Source: Minisyncoccia bacterium | GTDB lineage: Bacteria > Patescibacteriota > Minisyncoccia > UBA6257 > 2-01-FULL-56-20 | Reading direction: 5' to 3' | Assembly (NCBI GenBank): GCA_050015515.1 | Contig: JBEKBG010000003.1 | Coordinates: 6,871 to 70,870, forward strand | DNA length: 64,000 nt | Part shown: in pieces, positions 29,537-42,245 of the stretch | Layout of the letters: every line of letters begins with the position of its first letter | How positions within the stretch are numbered: position 1 is the stretch's first letter | The notes under the pieces: model-generated | Told to the model about the DNA's origin: nothing | Databases searched by the model: none | What the model saw: only the letters and a program-made list of their open reading frames with translations | Made by a program: the position numbers and the translations under genes

Positions 29537-29947
29537 ATGCCTCACGAACAATTACAAAACAATAGCGAGCGGGACGACGTATTCGAAACTCCAGAGGCAC
29601 TCGGTGCGCACCTGCGTGAGCTCGGGTGGGCGGAAGATCAAGTAGCCGGATTTATCGTAGCGATACGAGCCATGCTGGAAAAGATGTCCGCCAATACTAT
29701 AGAACTCACCGTCAAAACGGATGAGGGCGGGGAAGAAATGGCCGAAGTGACGCTTACGGGCGAAGGGAGCGGGCTTGATGCCCCACAGCTTACCGAGATC
29801 GCCGCCAAGGAGGAATTTCCCCTGGAGATCCTTGATAATGCCGATGTGGAATTTTTTGCGGGAGAGAACAAGGTCATCCTGCGGCGGAAGAAGGACCGGA
29901 ACTCTGATGGATTCAAATCGATAAAAAGAAATCCCCGCCACAACTGA
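29537..29947 (+). CDS. Hypothetical protein, possibly a degenerate RsbW-like (HATPase_c) fold
   Basis: VTLTGEGSGLD and DVEF...NKVILRRK resemble anti-sigma factor motifs; catalytic N-box absent. Confidence 0.4.
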   Translation: MPHEQLQNNSERDDVFETPEALGAHLRELGWAEDQVAGFIVAIRAMLEKMSANTIELTVKTDEGGEEMAEVTLTGEGSGLDAPQLTEIAAKEEFPLEILDNADVEFFAGENKVILRRKKDRNSDGFKSIKRNPRHN

Positions 29948-29965
29948 ATTTGTGTGACGGGGGTT

Positions 29966-30298
29966 TTAGAAGGGGAGTGCCAATTGCGGGCTCTCCGGTA
30001 GCGTATCTTGCGATACTTCTTGCTTCTGTATTTTCGCTTCTCTCTCCTGCTTCGCTTTCTCGCGGTTTGCGATGGCCTGGTTCGCGCCTCGCGTTCCGAG
30101 ATCGCTGCAGATATCCGAATACATTCCCTTCCTTACTGAATCATCAAAGATCCCGTGCCCGTCAAGCACCAGCCATACTGCCCTGGGTACAGGATAATGA
30201 TGTTTGTCGTGAAGGGCCGCGGCTTCGTCAGCAAGCGTTTTTATCCTTTCAAGGTACCGCTGGGTTTTCAAGGTTCGCTCCCTCCTCTGCACCATCAT
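29966..30298 (-). CDS. Hypothetical protein
   Basis: 110-aa ORF filling the gap; shared terminator-like hairpin at ~29930-29967. Confidence 0.55.
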   Translation of the reverse strand: MMVQRRERTLKTQRYLERIKTLADEAAALHDKHHYPVPRAVWLVLDGHGIFDDSVRKGMYSDICSDLGTRGANQAIANREKAKQEREAKIQKQEVSQDTLPESPQLALPF

Positions 30299-30365
30299 TT
30301 TAACATAAAGTAAAGTATCAAGCAAGTGCCTTTTGCGCCCGATTTTGCTTATAATAGAATCTACC

Positions 30366-31037
30366 ATGATTGCAGAAAAGGACCTTCCCTATTATAAAAA
30401 GCGCTGGGCCCAGATCGCAAAGACCTTACATAAGCTCTTTCCGGACCCAAAGATTGCGCTGACGTTTGGGAACAGCTGGGAATTGCTCGTAGCGGTCCAG
30501 CTCTCCGCGCAGTGCACGGACAAGAAGGTGAACCAGGTGACGCCCGCGCTGTTTAAGAAATATTCCACGCTCGATGCGTATGTGAAGGCGGGGAAGACAG
30601 CGGCCAGTATCCAGCAGTTTGAGAACATGATCCACGCCTGCGGCTTCTATCGCGCCAAGACGCGCAACATCCTGGCGGCGGCAAAATATATAAAGGAGAA
30701 GTGTGGCGGCAAGCTCCCGCGCACGATGGCGGAAATGGTGACGATCCCGGGCGTCGGTCGTAAGTCGGCGAACGTCATCCTCGGCAACGCCTATGGTGTG
30801 GTGGAAGGGATCGCGGTGGACACGCATGTGATGCGCCTGTCGCACGTGCTGGGCCTGTCGCGCGAAAAGATGCCGGAGAAGATCGAGCGCGACCTCATGG
30901 CCATCATCCCGCGCAAGGACTGGTTCGCGGCCACTTATATGATCATCGACTACGGCCGCGCGTATTGCGTGGCGCGCCCACATAAGCACGACCTGTGCCC
31001 GCTGACGAAGGTGCTGGGGAAGGGGGCGGGCAAGTGA
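30366..31037 (+). CDS. nth: Endonuclease III
   Basis: LSAQCTDKKVN, HhH PGVGRKSAN and AVDTHV motifs; degenerate Fe-S motif. Confidence 0.93.
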   Translation: MIAEKDLPYYKKRWAQIAKTLHKLFPDPKIALTFGNSWELLVAVQLSAQCTDKKVNQVTPALFKKYSTLDAYVKAGKTAASIQQFENMIHACGFYRAKTRNILAAAKYIKEKCGGKLPRTMAEMVTIPGVGRKSANVILGNAYGVVEGIAVDTHVMRLSHVLGLSREKMPEKIERDLMAIIPRKDWFAATYMIIDYGRAYCVARPHKHDLCPLTKVLGKGAGK

Positions 31038-31081
31038 CACCGCTGGACTGGTTTTTAATGTCGTTATGGTAGAATGCGCCC

Positions 31082-31606
31082 ATGGCAAAAAATTATGCTA
31101 TGGCGAGAAAAGAAGCGCAGGAATTATATGGCACTTTTACAAGCGTTGGTTGTCCGGCATTCGGAGGTGAATTGGTTTATTTTACCTCTGAGGGATTTAA
31201 TCATTTGATCTATAAAGGAGCCGGAAAGGAGCGTGATCCAAGGGTCCAAATAATGAAATTTGAACTTTTGCCCAAGGCGCGGCTTATCATAGAAATGTCA
31301 TCTACATTTCAGGAGTATGACGAGGGATTTGAATATCGAGTCGTGGAAAAATATGGAAAGAGGATTAAGGAAAGCGTCCTCGTCCGATGTTGGGGATTGG
31401 TAGCAATCATTCAAAAGTTTCGGGTAAAAGTGGTGATACGGCAGATCGGGAATGGGAAGAAAGAATTTTATAGCGTCATTCCGGCGTGGTTCACCAGGCA
31501 ATATCGAAACATGAAAATTATTGAGACGTCCGCGAGGGGTGGATTGCTCGAGGAAGATGATGCCGAGGCACTAAAAAACGCCACCAAGAAGAGTGACGCT
31601 CTTTAG
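31082..31606 (+). CDS. Hypothetical protein, probable BECR-fold (Barnase/EndoU/colicin/RelE-like) RNase toxin
   Basis: VYFTSEGFNHL...R...KFELLPKA..II and C-terminal beta-meander VKVVIRQIGNG..EFYSVIP; fold assignment is inference. Confidence 0.5.
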   Translation: MAKNYAMARKEAQELYGTFTSVGCPAFGGELVYFTSEGFNHLIYKGAGKERDPRVQIMKFELLPKARLIIEMSSTFQEYDEGFEYRVVEKYGKRIKESVLVRCWGLVAIIQKFRVKVVIRQIGNGKKEFYSVIPAWFTRQYRNMKIIETSARGGLLEEDDAEALKNATKKSDAL

Positions 31607-31664
31607 TGTGGTCTGTTTCCGGCTCAAGATTTGGCCAGATAGGGCTGACGCCCCGCAGTCCACG
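31573..31664 (-). ncRNA. Candidate antisense structured small RNA overlapping the 3' end of the BECR-like gene
   Basis: TTGCTT-N17-TACTAT (31698-31670); three-way junction; terminator AGCGTCAC-N8-GTGGCGTT followed by a U-tract. Confidence 0.55.
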
Positions 31665-31852
31665 TTTCTATAGTACGCCGCGTTTTGGAAAAAAGCAACA
31701 AGGGCGGATATCCCCATTTTGACATCGCCAAAACTGTGCTAGAATGGATATTGTTAGTTAGAAGAAAGACCGCTTTCCGGTGTGAGGCTGGAACGCGGTT
31801 TTTCGTTTTTATGGAGTTGGTTAAAAAGATATTTTAGAAGTATATTGAACTA

Positions 31853-32302
31853 ATGGATTGTATTTTCTGCAAAATCGTGAAAGGAGGGGCGCCGTCTCAT
31901 AAGATATGGGAGGATGAAAAGCATTTGGCTTTTCTCTCTATTTTTCCTAACACGGAAGGATTTTCAGTCGTTATTACCAAAGAGCATTTCCCCAGCTATC
32001 CATTTAATCTGCCGGAAGATGTATTGATCGGGTTATTGTTGGCAACAAAAAAAGTAGCAAAGCTTTTAGACGCGAAGCTTGATGACGTTGGTCGTACCGG
32101 AATGATATTTGAAGGATTCGGTGTTGATCATATCCACGCAAAACTTTTTCCGATGCATGGCACGAAGATGCTGGAATGGAAGCCTATAAAATCGAACGTC
32201 GATAAATATTTTGAAAAATATGAGGGGTATATCTCTTCACACGACTATAAGCGAGGGGATGACGAGAGGCTGTCCGCGCTTGCGAAGAAGATAAGAGAAT
32301 AG
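31853..32302 (+). CDS. HIT family hydrolase (HxHxK variant)
   Basis: MDCIFCKIV and GVDHIHAKL motifs; AT-rich. Confidence 0.88.
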   Translation: MDCIFCKIVKGGAPSHKIWEDEKHLAFLSIFPNTEGFSVVITKEHFPSYPFNLPEDVLIGLLLATKKVAKLLDAKLDDVGRTGMIFEGFGVDHIHAKLFPMHGTKMLEWKPIKSNVDKYFEKYEGYISSHDYKRGDDERLSALAKKIRE

Positions 32303-32446
32303 CACATGGGCAGTTTTTTATTTTTGACTCTTTATTAAATTTCCATTAAACTGGTCTGGCAGGAAAGAATCGCATGAGTACCCCCTATAGCCCCCGGGCA
32401 AGGGGCACTTTGCTGATTGCCCGAGGGCGTCATTATAAATACAGCC

Positions 32447-34494
32447 ATGAACCACTTCGAGATCATATCCGATAACCAGCCCGCAGGGGATCAGCCGAAG
32501 GCGATTGCATCGCTTGTTTCGGGTTTGCGCTCGGGTCTGCGCGACCAGACCCTGCTTGGCGTGACCGGCTCCGGCAAGACCTTCACGATGGCGAACGTGA
32601 TCCAGCAAATGGGCAAGCCGACGCTCGTGATCGCGCACAACAAGACGCTCGCCGCACAGCTCTGCAACGAGTTCCGCGAGCTCTTCCCGAACTCGTCCGT
32701 CAATTATTTCGTCTCGTACTACGACTACTATCAGCCGGAGGCATACATGCCGTCGAGCGACACCTATATAGACAAGGAGGCGCTGATCAACGACGAGATC
32801 GACAAGTTGCGCCACGCCGCGACGATGGCGCTCCTCACGCGGCGCGATGTGATCATCGTGGCGTCGGTATCGTGTATCTACGGCCTCGGCGCACCGGAGG
32901 AATATGCGAAAAATATTATTCGGTTTAAGGTAGGCGACCCGGTGGAGCGCCGCGATTTTTCGCGCAAGCTGGTTTCATTGCAGTTCAATCGTACCACCGC
33001 CGATTTGAAGCGCGCCACGTACCGCCTGCGCGGCGAAAATTGGGAGATCATGCCGGCGGACCGCGAGGTCATTTATAACTTGGAGGTATCGGGCGGCATC
33101 ATCCGCGCCATCTACGAAGTAGATCCGGTGAAGGGATTTCAGCCGGGCAAGACGCCGCAAATTCGGGACATCTTGTTCGCGCCGGCGAAGCACTTCATCA
33201 CCGCACCGGCATCACGCGAGCGGGCGCTCGTTGAGATTAAAAAAGAATTAAAAGAGCAGCTCGTGAAGTTCGAGAAGGAAAAGAAGTTTCTGGAGGCGGA
33301 GCGCATCGAGCGCCGCACCAAGTTCGACCTCGCCATGATGGCCGAGGTGGGATACTGTCACGGTATCGAGAACTACTCGCGCCATCTTTCCGGCCGAGCC
33401 GCCGGCGAGCCGCCGGCAACACTACTCGATTATTTCCCGCACCGCGAGGACGGTTCGCCCGATTTTCTCACCATCATCGACGAGTCGCACATGACCGTGC
33501 CGCAGCTGCAGGGGATGTTCAATGGCGACGCGGCGCGTAAAAAAACTTTAGTGGAGTATGGCTTTCGTTTGCCGTCGGCGATCGACAACCGCCCGCTCCG
33601 GTTCGAAGAATTCGACGCGCGGATCGGTCAGGTCATCTATACTTCGGCCACGCCGAGCCCGTACGAGATCAAAGTGAGCCAGCCGCCGAAGGGCCAGGTG
33701 GTTGAGCAGATCATCCGCCCGACCGGTCTTGTCGATCCCAAAATCACGATCAAGTCCGCGCGCGGACAGGTGGAAGACCTTATCCCGCGCATTCAGGAGC
33801 GCGTGGCAAAGCACGAGCGCGTGCTTGTAACGACACTTACCAAGCGTATGGCGGAAGATCTGAGCGCATACTTGGAAGAGAAAAAAATAAAGGTGAACTA
33901 TCTGCACAGCGACGTGAAGACGATGGACCGCATCAAGATCCTGACCGACCTGCGGCGTGGCAAGATCGAAGTGCTTGTCGGCGTGAACCTGCTCCGCGAA
34001 GGCCTCGACCTGCCGGAGGTTTCGCTCGTAGCGATCCTCGACGCAGATAAAGAAGGATTCCTGCGCAGCGAGGTTTCTTTGATCCAGACCATTGGCCGGG
34101 CCGCACGCAATGTGGAAGGCGAGGTGGTAATGTATGCGGACAACATCACTGGTTCCATCGAGCGCGCCGTCCGCGAGACCGACCGCCGTCGTAAGATTCA
34201 GGTTGCATATAATATAGAACATCACATCACGCCGCGCACGATCGTACGGAAGATATCGGATATTTTGTCGAGCATCGACATCGATGAGATTCTAAAACTC
34301 GAAACGATGCCGGTGCCACGGTCGAAGACGGCGCTTCAGCGGCTGATTATGGAAAAGGAAAAAGAGATGCGCCTTGCCGCGAAAGATTTGAATTTCGAAC
34401 TTGCGGGAATATTGCGCGATGAGATACGGGAGTTGAAAAAGAAGGCGGCGGCGGTGGAGGAGGTGATGAAGGACGCGAAAATCATTAAAAAAAG

Positions 34495-34498
<4 letters not shown>
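32447..34498 (+). CDS. uvrB: Excinuclease ABC subunit B
   Basis: [28 protein letters not shown] and DESH motifs; C-terminal UVR domain. Confidence 0.98.
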
Positions 34499-37056
<2,558 letters not shown>

Positions 37057-37078
37057 TATTGAATGGTATAATAAAATC

Positions 37079-37357
37079 ATGAAAATCTTCGACAATAAGA
37101 TCTGGCGGGACGGGCAGAAGATCGCGTGGATCGACGGCAACCATATCCGCACGGATCAAGGCGGCGAAAAGCTCGGCTATTTTGAGAATAACTTCATCTA
37201 TAACATGGCGGGGCACAAAGTGGCATATATTTTTGAGAACGAATTGCGATTTGAGAATGGGGGCGACGCGGTCCCGCTTGAGCATATCAACGAGGAGATA
37301 GAAGGCGCGGCGCCGTTGCTCGAGAAATGCGCGGTGCATGTGCTGTTGCAGGATTAG
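37079..37357 (+). CDS. Hypothetical beta-repeat protein
   Basis: Repeated I..dG.K(I/L/V)(A/G)(W/Y) units; TGGTATAAT 6 nt upstream. Confidence 0.65.
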   Translation: MKIFDNKIWRDGQKIAWIDGNHIRTDQGGEKLGYFENNFIYNMAGHKVAYIFENELRFENGGDAVPLEHINEEIEGAAPLLEKCAVHVLLQD

Positions 37358-37366
37358 CGGATAACG

Positions 37367-38662
37367 ATGGTGAAAACTTCCGTTCCGTACAAAAATTTTC
37401 CCGAAACGCCGGGTGTTTATATTATGAAAGACGCCGCCCGGCGTGTTTTGTACGTGGGCAAGGCGGGAAATTTGCGCCGACGCGTGTCGAGTTATTTTGA
37501 GCGCCCGCACGACGTGCGCATTCAGACGCTCGTCAGCAAGATCGCGCACATTGACTTTGAGCAGAAGGATACCGCGCTCGAGGCGCTGATCCGCGAGGCG
37601 GAACTGATCAAGACGCTCGTGCCGCCGTTCAATGTGCGCGAGAAGGACGATAAGAGTTTTTTATACTTTGAGATCACACGCGAGAAATTTCCGCGCGTGC
37701 TACTGGTGCGCGGGAGTGGAGTGGCAAACGAAGGCCGTGGCGGCGTGGGCGGCGGCGTGGTTCAAGGCAAGCGCTTCGGTCCCTTCACCTCGGCGTCAAG
37801 CGCGCGCGAGGCGTTGCGTATTCTGCGGCGGATCTTCCCGTGGAGCACGCACGATCTGGACGAGATCGGCACAATGAAGCGGCCGTGCTTCAACTACGAG
37901 ATCGGACTTTGCCCGGGTACGTGCGTGGGAGTGATCACCCATGAGGATTATATAAAGAACATCGACCGGCTTAAGCTGTTCTTCGAAGGAAAGAAGGCGC
38001 GCATCATCCGTGCGATCGAGAAGGATATGAAGGCGGCGAGTAAAAGGGAGGAGTTCGAGAAGGCAGAGGTTTTGAAGCGGCAGGTGTTCGCTTTGCGGCA
38101 TATTCAGGACACGGCGCTTATTTCGGACAACGACGCTCTCGTGGCGGGAACTATCGGTTTCGGAAACACTCCATTGAAGGTGGGCTATCGTATTGAAGGC
38201 TATGACATCTCGAACATCTCCGGTACGTCCGCCGTCGGATCTATGGTGGTGTTCGAGGACGGCGCGCCGAATAGGAGCGAGTATCGCAAGTTCAAGATCC
38301 GCAGCATTTTCCAACCGAACGACGTTGGAATGTTAAAAGAGGTCTTGGAGCGGCGCTTTGCGCACGCAGCGGTGGCGTCTGCGGCTGAATCAAAGTCAAA
38401 AAATCAGTGGCCGATGCCCGACCTTCTCCTCATTGATGGCGGTCTCGCGCAGGTGAACACCGCGCGCCGCGTGTTACTCCGTGCCGGGATAAAGATCCCC
38501 ATCATCGGCATCGCAAAAGGGCCGCGCCGTGATCGCAACGACGTCATTGGCCTCGTACCGAAGGGCGTGCAAAAGGCGACGCTCATCAAAGTGCGCGATG
38601 AGGCACACCGGTTTGCCATCGCGTACCATAAGGCCTTGCGGCGTGTAAGAACGTTCGCATAG
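37367..38662 (+). CDS. uvrC: Excinuclease ABC subunit C (lacks C-terminal HhH)
   Basis: GIY-YIG (PGVY..YVGKA), UVR, RIEGYDIS, LIDGG and RDEAHRFA motifs. Confidence 0.93.
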   Translation: MVKTSVPYKNFPETPGVYIMKDAARRVLYVGKAGNLRRRVSSYFERPHDVRIQTLVSKIAHIDFEQKDTALEALIREAELIKTLVPPFNVREKDDKSFLYFEITREKFPRVLLVRGSGVANEGRGGVGGGVVQGKRFGPFTSASSAREALRILRRIFPWSTHDLDEIGTMKRPCFNYEIGLCPGTCVGVITHEDYIKNIDRLKLFFEGKKARIIRAIEKDMKAASKREEFEKAEVLKRQVFALRHIQDTALISDNDALVAGTIGFGNTPLKVGYRIEGYDISNISGTSAVGSMVVFEDGAPNRSEYRKFKIRSIFQPNDVGMLKEVLERRFAHAAVASAAESKSKNQWPMPDLLLIDGGLAQVNTARRVLLRAGIKIPIIGIAKGPRRDRNDVIGLVPKGVQKATLIKVRDEAHRFAIAYHKALRRVRTFA

Positions 38663-38679
38663 CATGGTATTATGAGATG

Positions 38680-40341
38680 ATGATCGCCGACGAGATAAAA
38701 CAATTTTTCCATGGCGACGTGGCCGCCGACGACGCGACGCTCACGAAGTTCAGCCGCGACTATTCGCTCTTTAAAGTGCGCCCGCAGGTGGTGGTATTCC
38801 CGAAAGACGTCGATGATATAAAAAACTTGGTGAAGTTCGTCGCGCAAAAAAAGGCGGCGGGGGAGGACGTTTCGCTCACCGGCCGCTCGGCCGGCACGGA
38901 CATGACCGGCGGCCCGCTGAGCCAGGGGATCATCGTCTCGTTCACAAAATATTTTAATCATATCGTGGAGATCGGGAGTGACGAAGCGAAGGTCCAGCCC
39001 GGCGTCTACTTCCGCGATTTCGAGAAGGCGTTGACCGAGAAGGGGCTTTTATATCCGGCATTTCCCGCATCAAAGGACCTGTGCGCGTTGGGTGGTATGG
39101 TCAACAACAATTCCGGGGGCGAAAAGACGCTCGCGTACGGAAAGACGGAGGATTACGTGCAGGCGGTGAAGATCGTTCTGGGCGATGGCGAGGAGCACAC
39201 GCTGTGGCCGCTCTCGGGCGATGCGCTCAAAGCAAAGCTGGCCGAGACTAGCTTCGAGGGCGATATCTATCGCAAACTATATAAGCTCATCGAGGACAAT
39301 TACGACGTCATCAAAGCGGCAAAGCCGGACGTTTCAAAAAACTCCGCCGGATATTATTTATGGAATGTGTGGAATCGTGCGACCGGCGTATTCGACATCA
39401 CGAAAGTGATCGTCGGTTCGCAGGGGACGTTCGGCATGCTCACCGAGGCGAAGTTGAAGCTCGTACCGCTCAAAAAACATTCGCGCCTGTGCGTGGTGTT
39501 CTTGAAAGACCTTGCGCCGGTCGCGGACCTTGTGGAGGCGGTTCTACCATTCAAGCCGGAGAGCATCGAATCATACGACGACAAGACGATGGAGGTAGCG
39601 GTCAAGCTGTGGCGACAAGTGATCGGTTCCATGAAGGGTAACGTGATCACGCTCGGGCTCCAGTTCCTGCCAGAGGTATGGATGGTGCTTCGCGGCGGCA
39701 TGCCGAAGATGATCATGCTGGTGGAGTTGACGGGTGATGATGAGAAGGCGCTTGTAGCGAAATTGGTGATGCTGGGCGACGCGGTGAAGAAGTTCGCAAA
39801 GACGCACGCCGGCATTCAGGTGCTTGAGCTTAAAAATGAAAAGGAAGAGCAGAAATATTGGACGATCCGCCGCGAAAGTTTCGCGCTGTTACATAACAAC
39901 ACCACCGGTAAAGATACCGCGCCGTTCATTGATGACTTCATCGTCAAGCCCGAATATATGCCGGAGGTGCTTCCTCAAGTGAACGCCATTCTCGATAAAT
40001 ATAAAAAAGACCTCATCTATACCATCGCCGGGCATCCGGGCAACGGCAATTTTCACATCATTCCGCTGATGGATCTCAAGAGCGAGCGCGTGCGGGCGCT
40101 GATCCCAAAGATCTCGGAGGAGGTCTATCAGCTGGTGTTCAAATACCATGGTTCGATCACCGCGGAGCATAACGACGGCCTGATCCGTACGCCATATCTG
40201 GAGGAAATGTATGGGCCGAAGATAGAGGAGCTGTTCGTGGAGACAAAAAAGATCTTTGACCCGTTGAATATCTTCAATCCCGGCAAAAAAGTGGGCGGCA
40301 GCCTGCAATACAGCGAGGATCATATAGCGCCGTCACAATAA
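38680..40341 (+). CDS. FAD-binding oxidoreductase (D-lactate dehydrogenase/GlcD-like)
   Basis: GGMVNNNSGG, GSQGTFG, GH..NGNFH, AEHNDG and FDPLNIFNPGK motifs. Confidence 0.88.
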   Translation: MIADEIKQFFHGDVAADDATLTKFSRDYSLFKVRPQVVVFPKDVDDIKNLVKFVAQKKAAGEDVSLTGRSAGTDMTGGPLSQGIIVSFTKYFNHIVEIGSDEAKVQPGVYFRDFEKALTEKGLLYPAFPASKDLCALGGMVNNNSGGEKTLAYGKTEDYVQAVKIVLGDGEEHTLWPLSGDALKAKLAETSFEGDIYRKLYKLIEDNYDVIKAAKPDVSKNSAGYYLWNVWNRATGVFDITKVIVGSQGTFGMLTEAKLKLVPLKKHSRLCVVFLKDLAPVADLVEAVLPFKPESIESYDDKTMEVAVKLWRQVIGSMKGNVITLGLQFLPEVWMVLRGGMPKMIMLVELTGDDEKALVAKLVMLGDAVKKFAKTHAGIQVLELKNEKEEQKYWTIRRESFALLHNNTTGKDTAPFIDDFIVKPEYMPEVLPQVNAILDKYKKDLIYTIAGHPGNGNFHIIPLMDLKSERVRALIPKISEEVYQLVFKYHGSITAEHNDGLIRTPYLEEMYGPKIEELFVETKKIFDPLNIFNPGKKVGGSLQYSEDHIAPSQ

Positions 40342-40422
40342 GAAGTGAGACCCCTCCTTTTGTGCGCTCACCGTCCTTGTGGGGCATTTGCGCACAAAAG
40401 AAGGGGCTTCACTTCTTATTGT
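40335..40422. repeat. Palindromic element (33-bp arms matching 30/33, 22-nt loop), related to 7682-7764
   Basis: 40335-40367 pairs with 40390-40422; overlaps the stop codon; loop resembles the 7713-7733 loop. Confidence 0.88.
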
Positions 40423-40473
40423 AGGTAGAGCGTCTTTAATATTTCTTTAATCCGGTTTTGGTATGGTGGATGG

Positions 40474-41451
40474 GTGAAAACACGCGCCCGCGCCGTCTCA
40501 TATTTTTTATCCATCGTCGCCATCGCCGTGATATTCTTCACCATCGAGTTTGTCACGGAAAAATTTTTTTATCCCAACGATGAAGTGGTGGATATACTTG
40601 CCGCGATCATCGGCGCGCTTTCGTTCGCGCGGTGCAAGCGGTTCTTTGACGTGGCGACCGACCGGATATTTTTCCGCGGCCCGCGCGACGAGCGCGCGGA
40701 ATTCATTTCCAATATTTCCCATGAGCTCCAGACGCCGATCGCCATCCTGCGGGGCAATGTGGAGGTGTTGCAAGGCGGCCGTGCCACCGACGCGGAACGG
40801 GCAACGGCCGAGCGGGTGATCGTGTCGACGCTCGACGGCATGTCGCGCCTGATCGGCAATGTTCTTGAAAGCGCAAAATTAAAATTTTCCAAAAAAATAT
40901 TATACGAACAGGATATTGCCGTGGGGATGCTCTTGCGCGAAACGCACGAGGATTGCCTATTGCTCGCGGAAGATAAGGGCATTCGTTTATTGCTTGAGAT
41001 CGACGAGCGCGCGGAAGATGATATTTTCGTGCGCGGCAACCGCGACCGGTTGAAGGAGGTATTGTTCAACCTTATCAGCAATGCGCTCAAACACACGCCG
41101 TGCGGCGGGGCGATCGCGTTGCGTGTGGAACGGGCCCGCGCCACAGGCGCCACTGGCGTCGCGCGCATCACCGTCGAAGATTCAGGATGCGGCATCGCGC
41201 CGGAAGAATTGCCGCATATCTTCGAGCGGTTCTATCGGATCGAAGAACGCACCACCGACGGATCAGGCCGCTCTGCCGTGCCTGGCACTGGCATCGGCCT
41301 CAACATCTGCCGTGAGATCGTGGAGGCGCATAAAGGAACAATCACTGCTGAAAGTGCGTCGGGGAAGGGGAGCCGATTCATCATCAGCCTGCCGTTGTCG
41401 CCGCCGGCACGCGCACCCGCTTCCCACGCCGTTTCTGCTATAATTAATTAA
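40474..41451 (+). CDS. Sensor histidine kinase (orphan)
   Basis: SHELQTP H-box, NLISNALK, DSGCGI, IFERFYR and GTGIGL motifs; two N-terminal TMs. Confidence 0.92.
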   Translation: MKTRARAVSYFLSIVAIAVIFFTIEFVTEKFFYPNDEVVDILAAIIGALSFARCKRFFDVATDRIFFRGPRDERAEFISNISHELQTPIAILRGNVEVLQGGRATDAERATAERVIVSTLDGMSRLIGNVLESAKLKFSKKILYEQDIAVGMLLRETHEDCLLLAEDKGIRLLLEIDERAEDDIFVRGNRDRLKEVLFNLISNALKHTPCGGAIALRVERARATGATGVARITVEDSGCGIAPEELPHIFERFYRIEERTTDGSGRSAVPGTGIGLNICREIVEAHKGTITAESASGKGSRFIISLPLSPPARAPASHAVSAIIN

Positions 41452-42221
41452 TGAACACCATAACTATGCCCTCTAAAAAACTTTATTCCCAGGCCTCATC
41501 CGGCGATCTCGTGCTCGACAGCGATGGCGAAAAAGATAAGCGATATGTTTTAAAGCTACGCGACCTTCCCGCCGACGAAAAGCCGCGCGAGAAGTTGATC
41601 AAGTATGGGCCGTCGGTGCTTTCGCTCGCGGAGCTTTTTGCAGTGGTGCTGAACGTCGGCACGAAAAAAGAAGAAGTGCTCACGATGTCGCGTCGGTTAT
41701 TAAAAGAATATGGTGACAGCGCGATCGTCAACCAAAAAGATCCGGCGAAGATCAGAGAGCTGCTTGATATTCCGATAGGCAAAGCGTGTCAGGTTGTCGC
41801 GACCTTCGAGCTCGGCCGGCGATTCTTCAAGACACCGGACGGCAAGCGGCCGCTCGTGATCCGCACCGCGAGCCAGGTGTACGCATATCTTAAGGACATG
41901 CAGGATTTGCCGAAAGAGCACCTGCGCGGGTTGTATCTGGACGCGCACTATCAGCTGATCCACGACGAGGTCGTTTCCATCGGCACGCTCACGTCGAATA
42001 TCATCCATCCGCGCGAAGTGTTCCGCCCCGCGCTCGAGTATTCTGCATCGGCAGTGATCCTCGCGCACAACCATCCCTCCGGCGTGGCAAAACCAAGCGA
42101 CGCGGACATTCTTATTACGAAGCAGATCGTCGAGGCCGGAAAGATCCTCGGCATCTCGCTCCTCGACCATGTGATCATCACCAAGAACAAGTTCGAGAGC
42201 GTGCCGGTGGAATATAGCTAG
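41451..42221 (+). CDS. radC: RadC/JAB domain protein
   Basis: KPREKL, IHPREVF, AHNHPSG and LLDHVI motifs. Confidence 0.93.
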   Translation: MNTITMPSKKLYSQASSGDLVLDSDGEKDKRYVLKLRDLPADEKPREKLIKYGPSVLSLAELFAVVLNVGTKKEEVLTMSRRLLKEYGDSAIVNQKDPAKIRELLDIPIGKACQVVATFELGRRFFKTPDGKRPLVIRTASQVYAYLKDMQDLPKEHLRGLYLDAHYQLIHDEVVSIGTLTSNIIHPREVFRPALEYSASAVILAHNHPSGVAKPSDADILITKQIVEAGKILGISLLDHVIITKNKFESVPVEYS

Positions 42222-42245
42222 GGGATAGTAGTGCTATAATTGAGC

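Noticed and set aside
31607-31664. Three-way junction with GAAAC as a hammerhead ribozyme
   Set aside because: The CUGANGA core is absent on both strands
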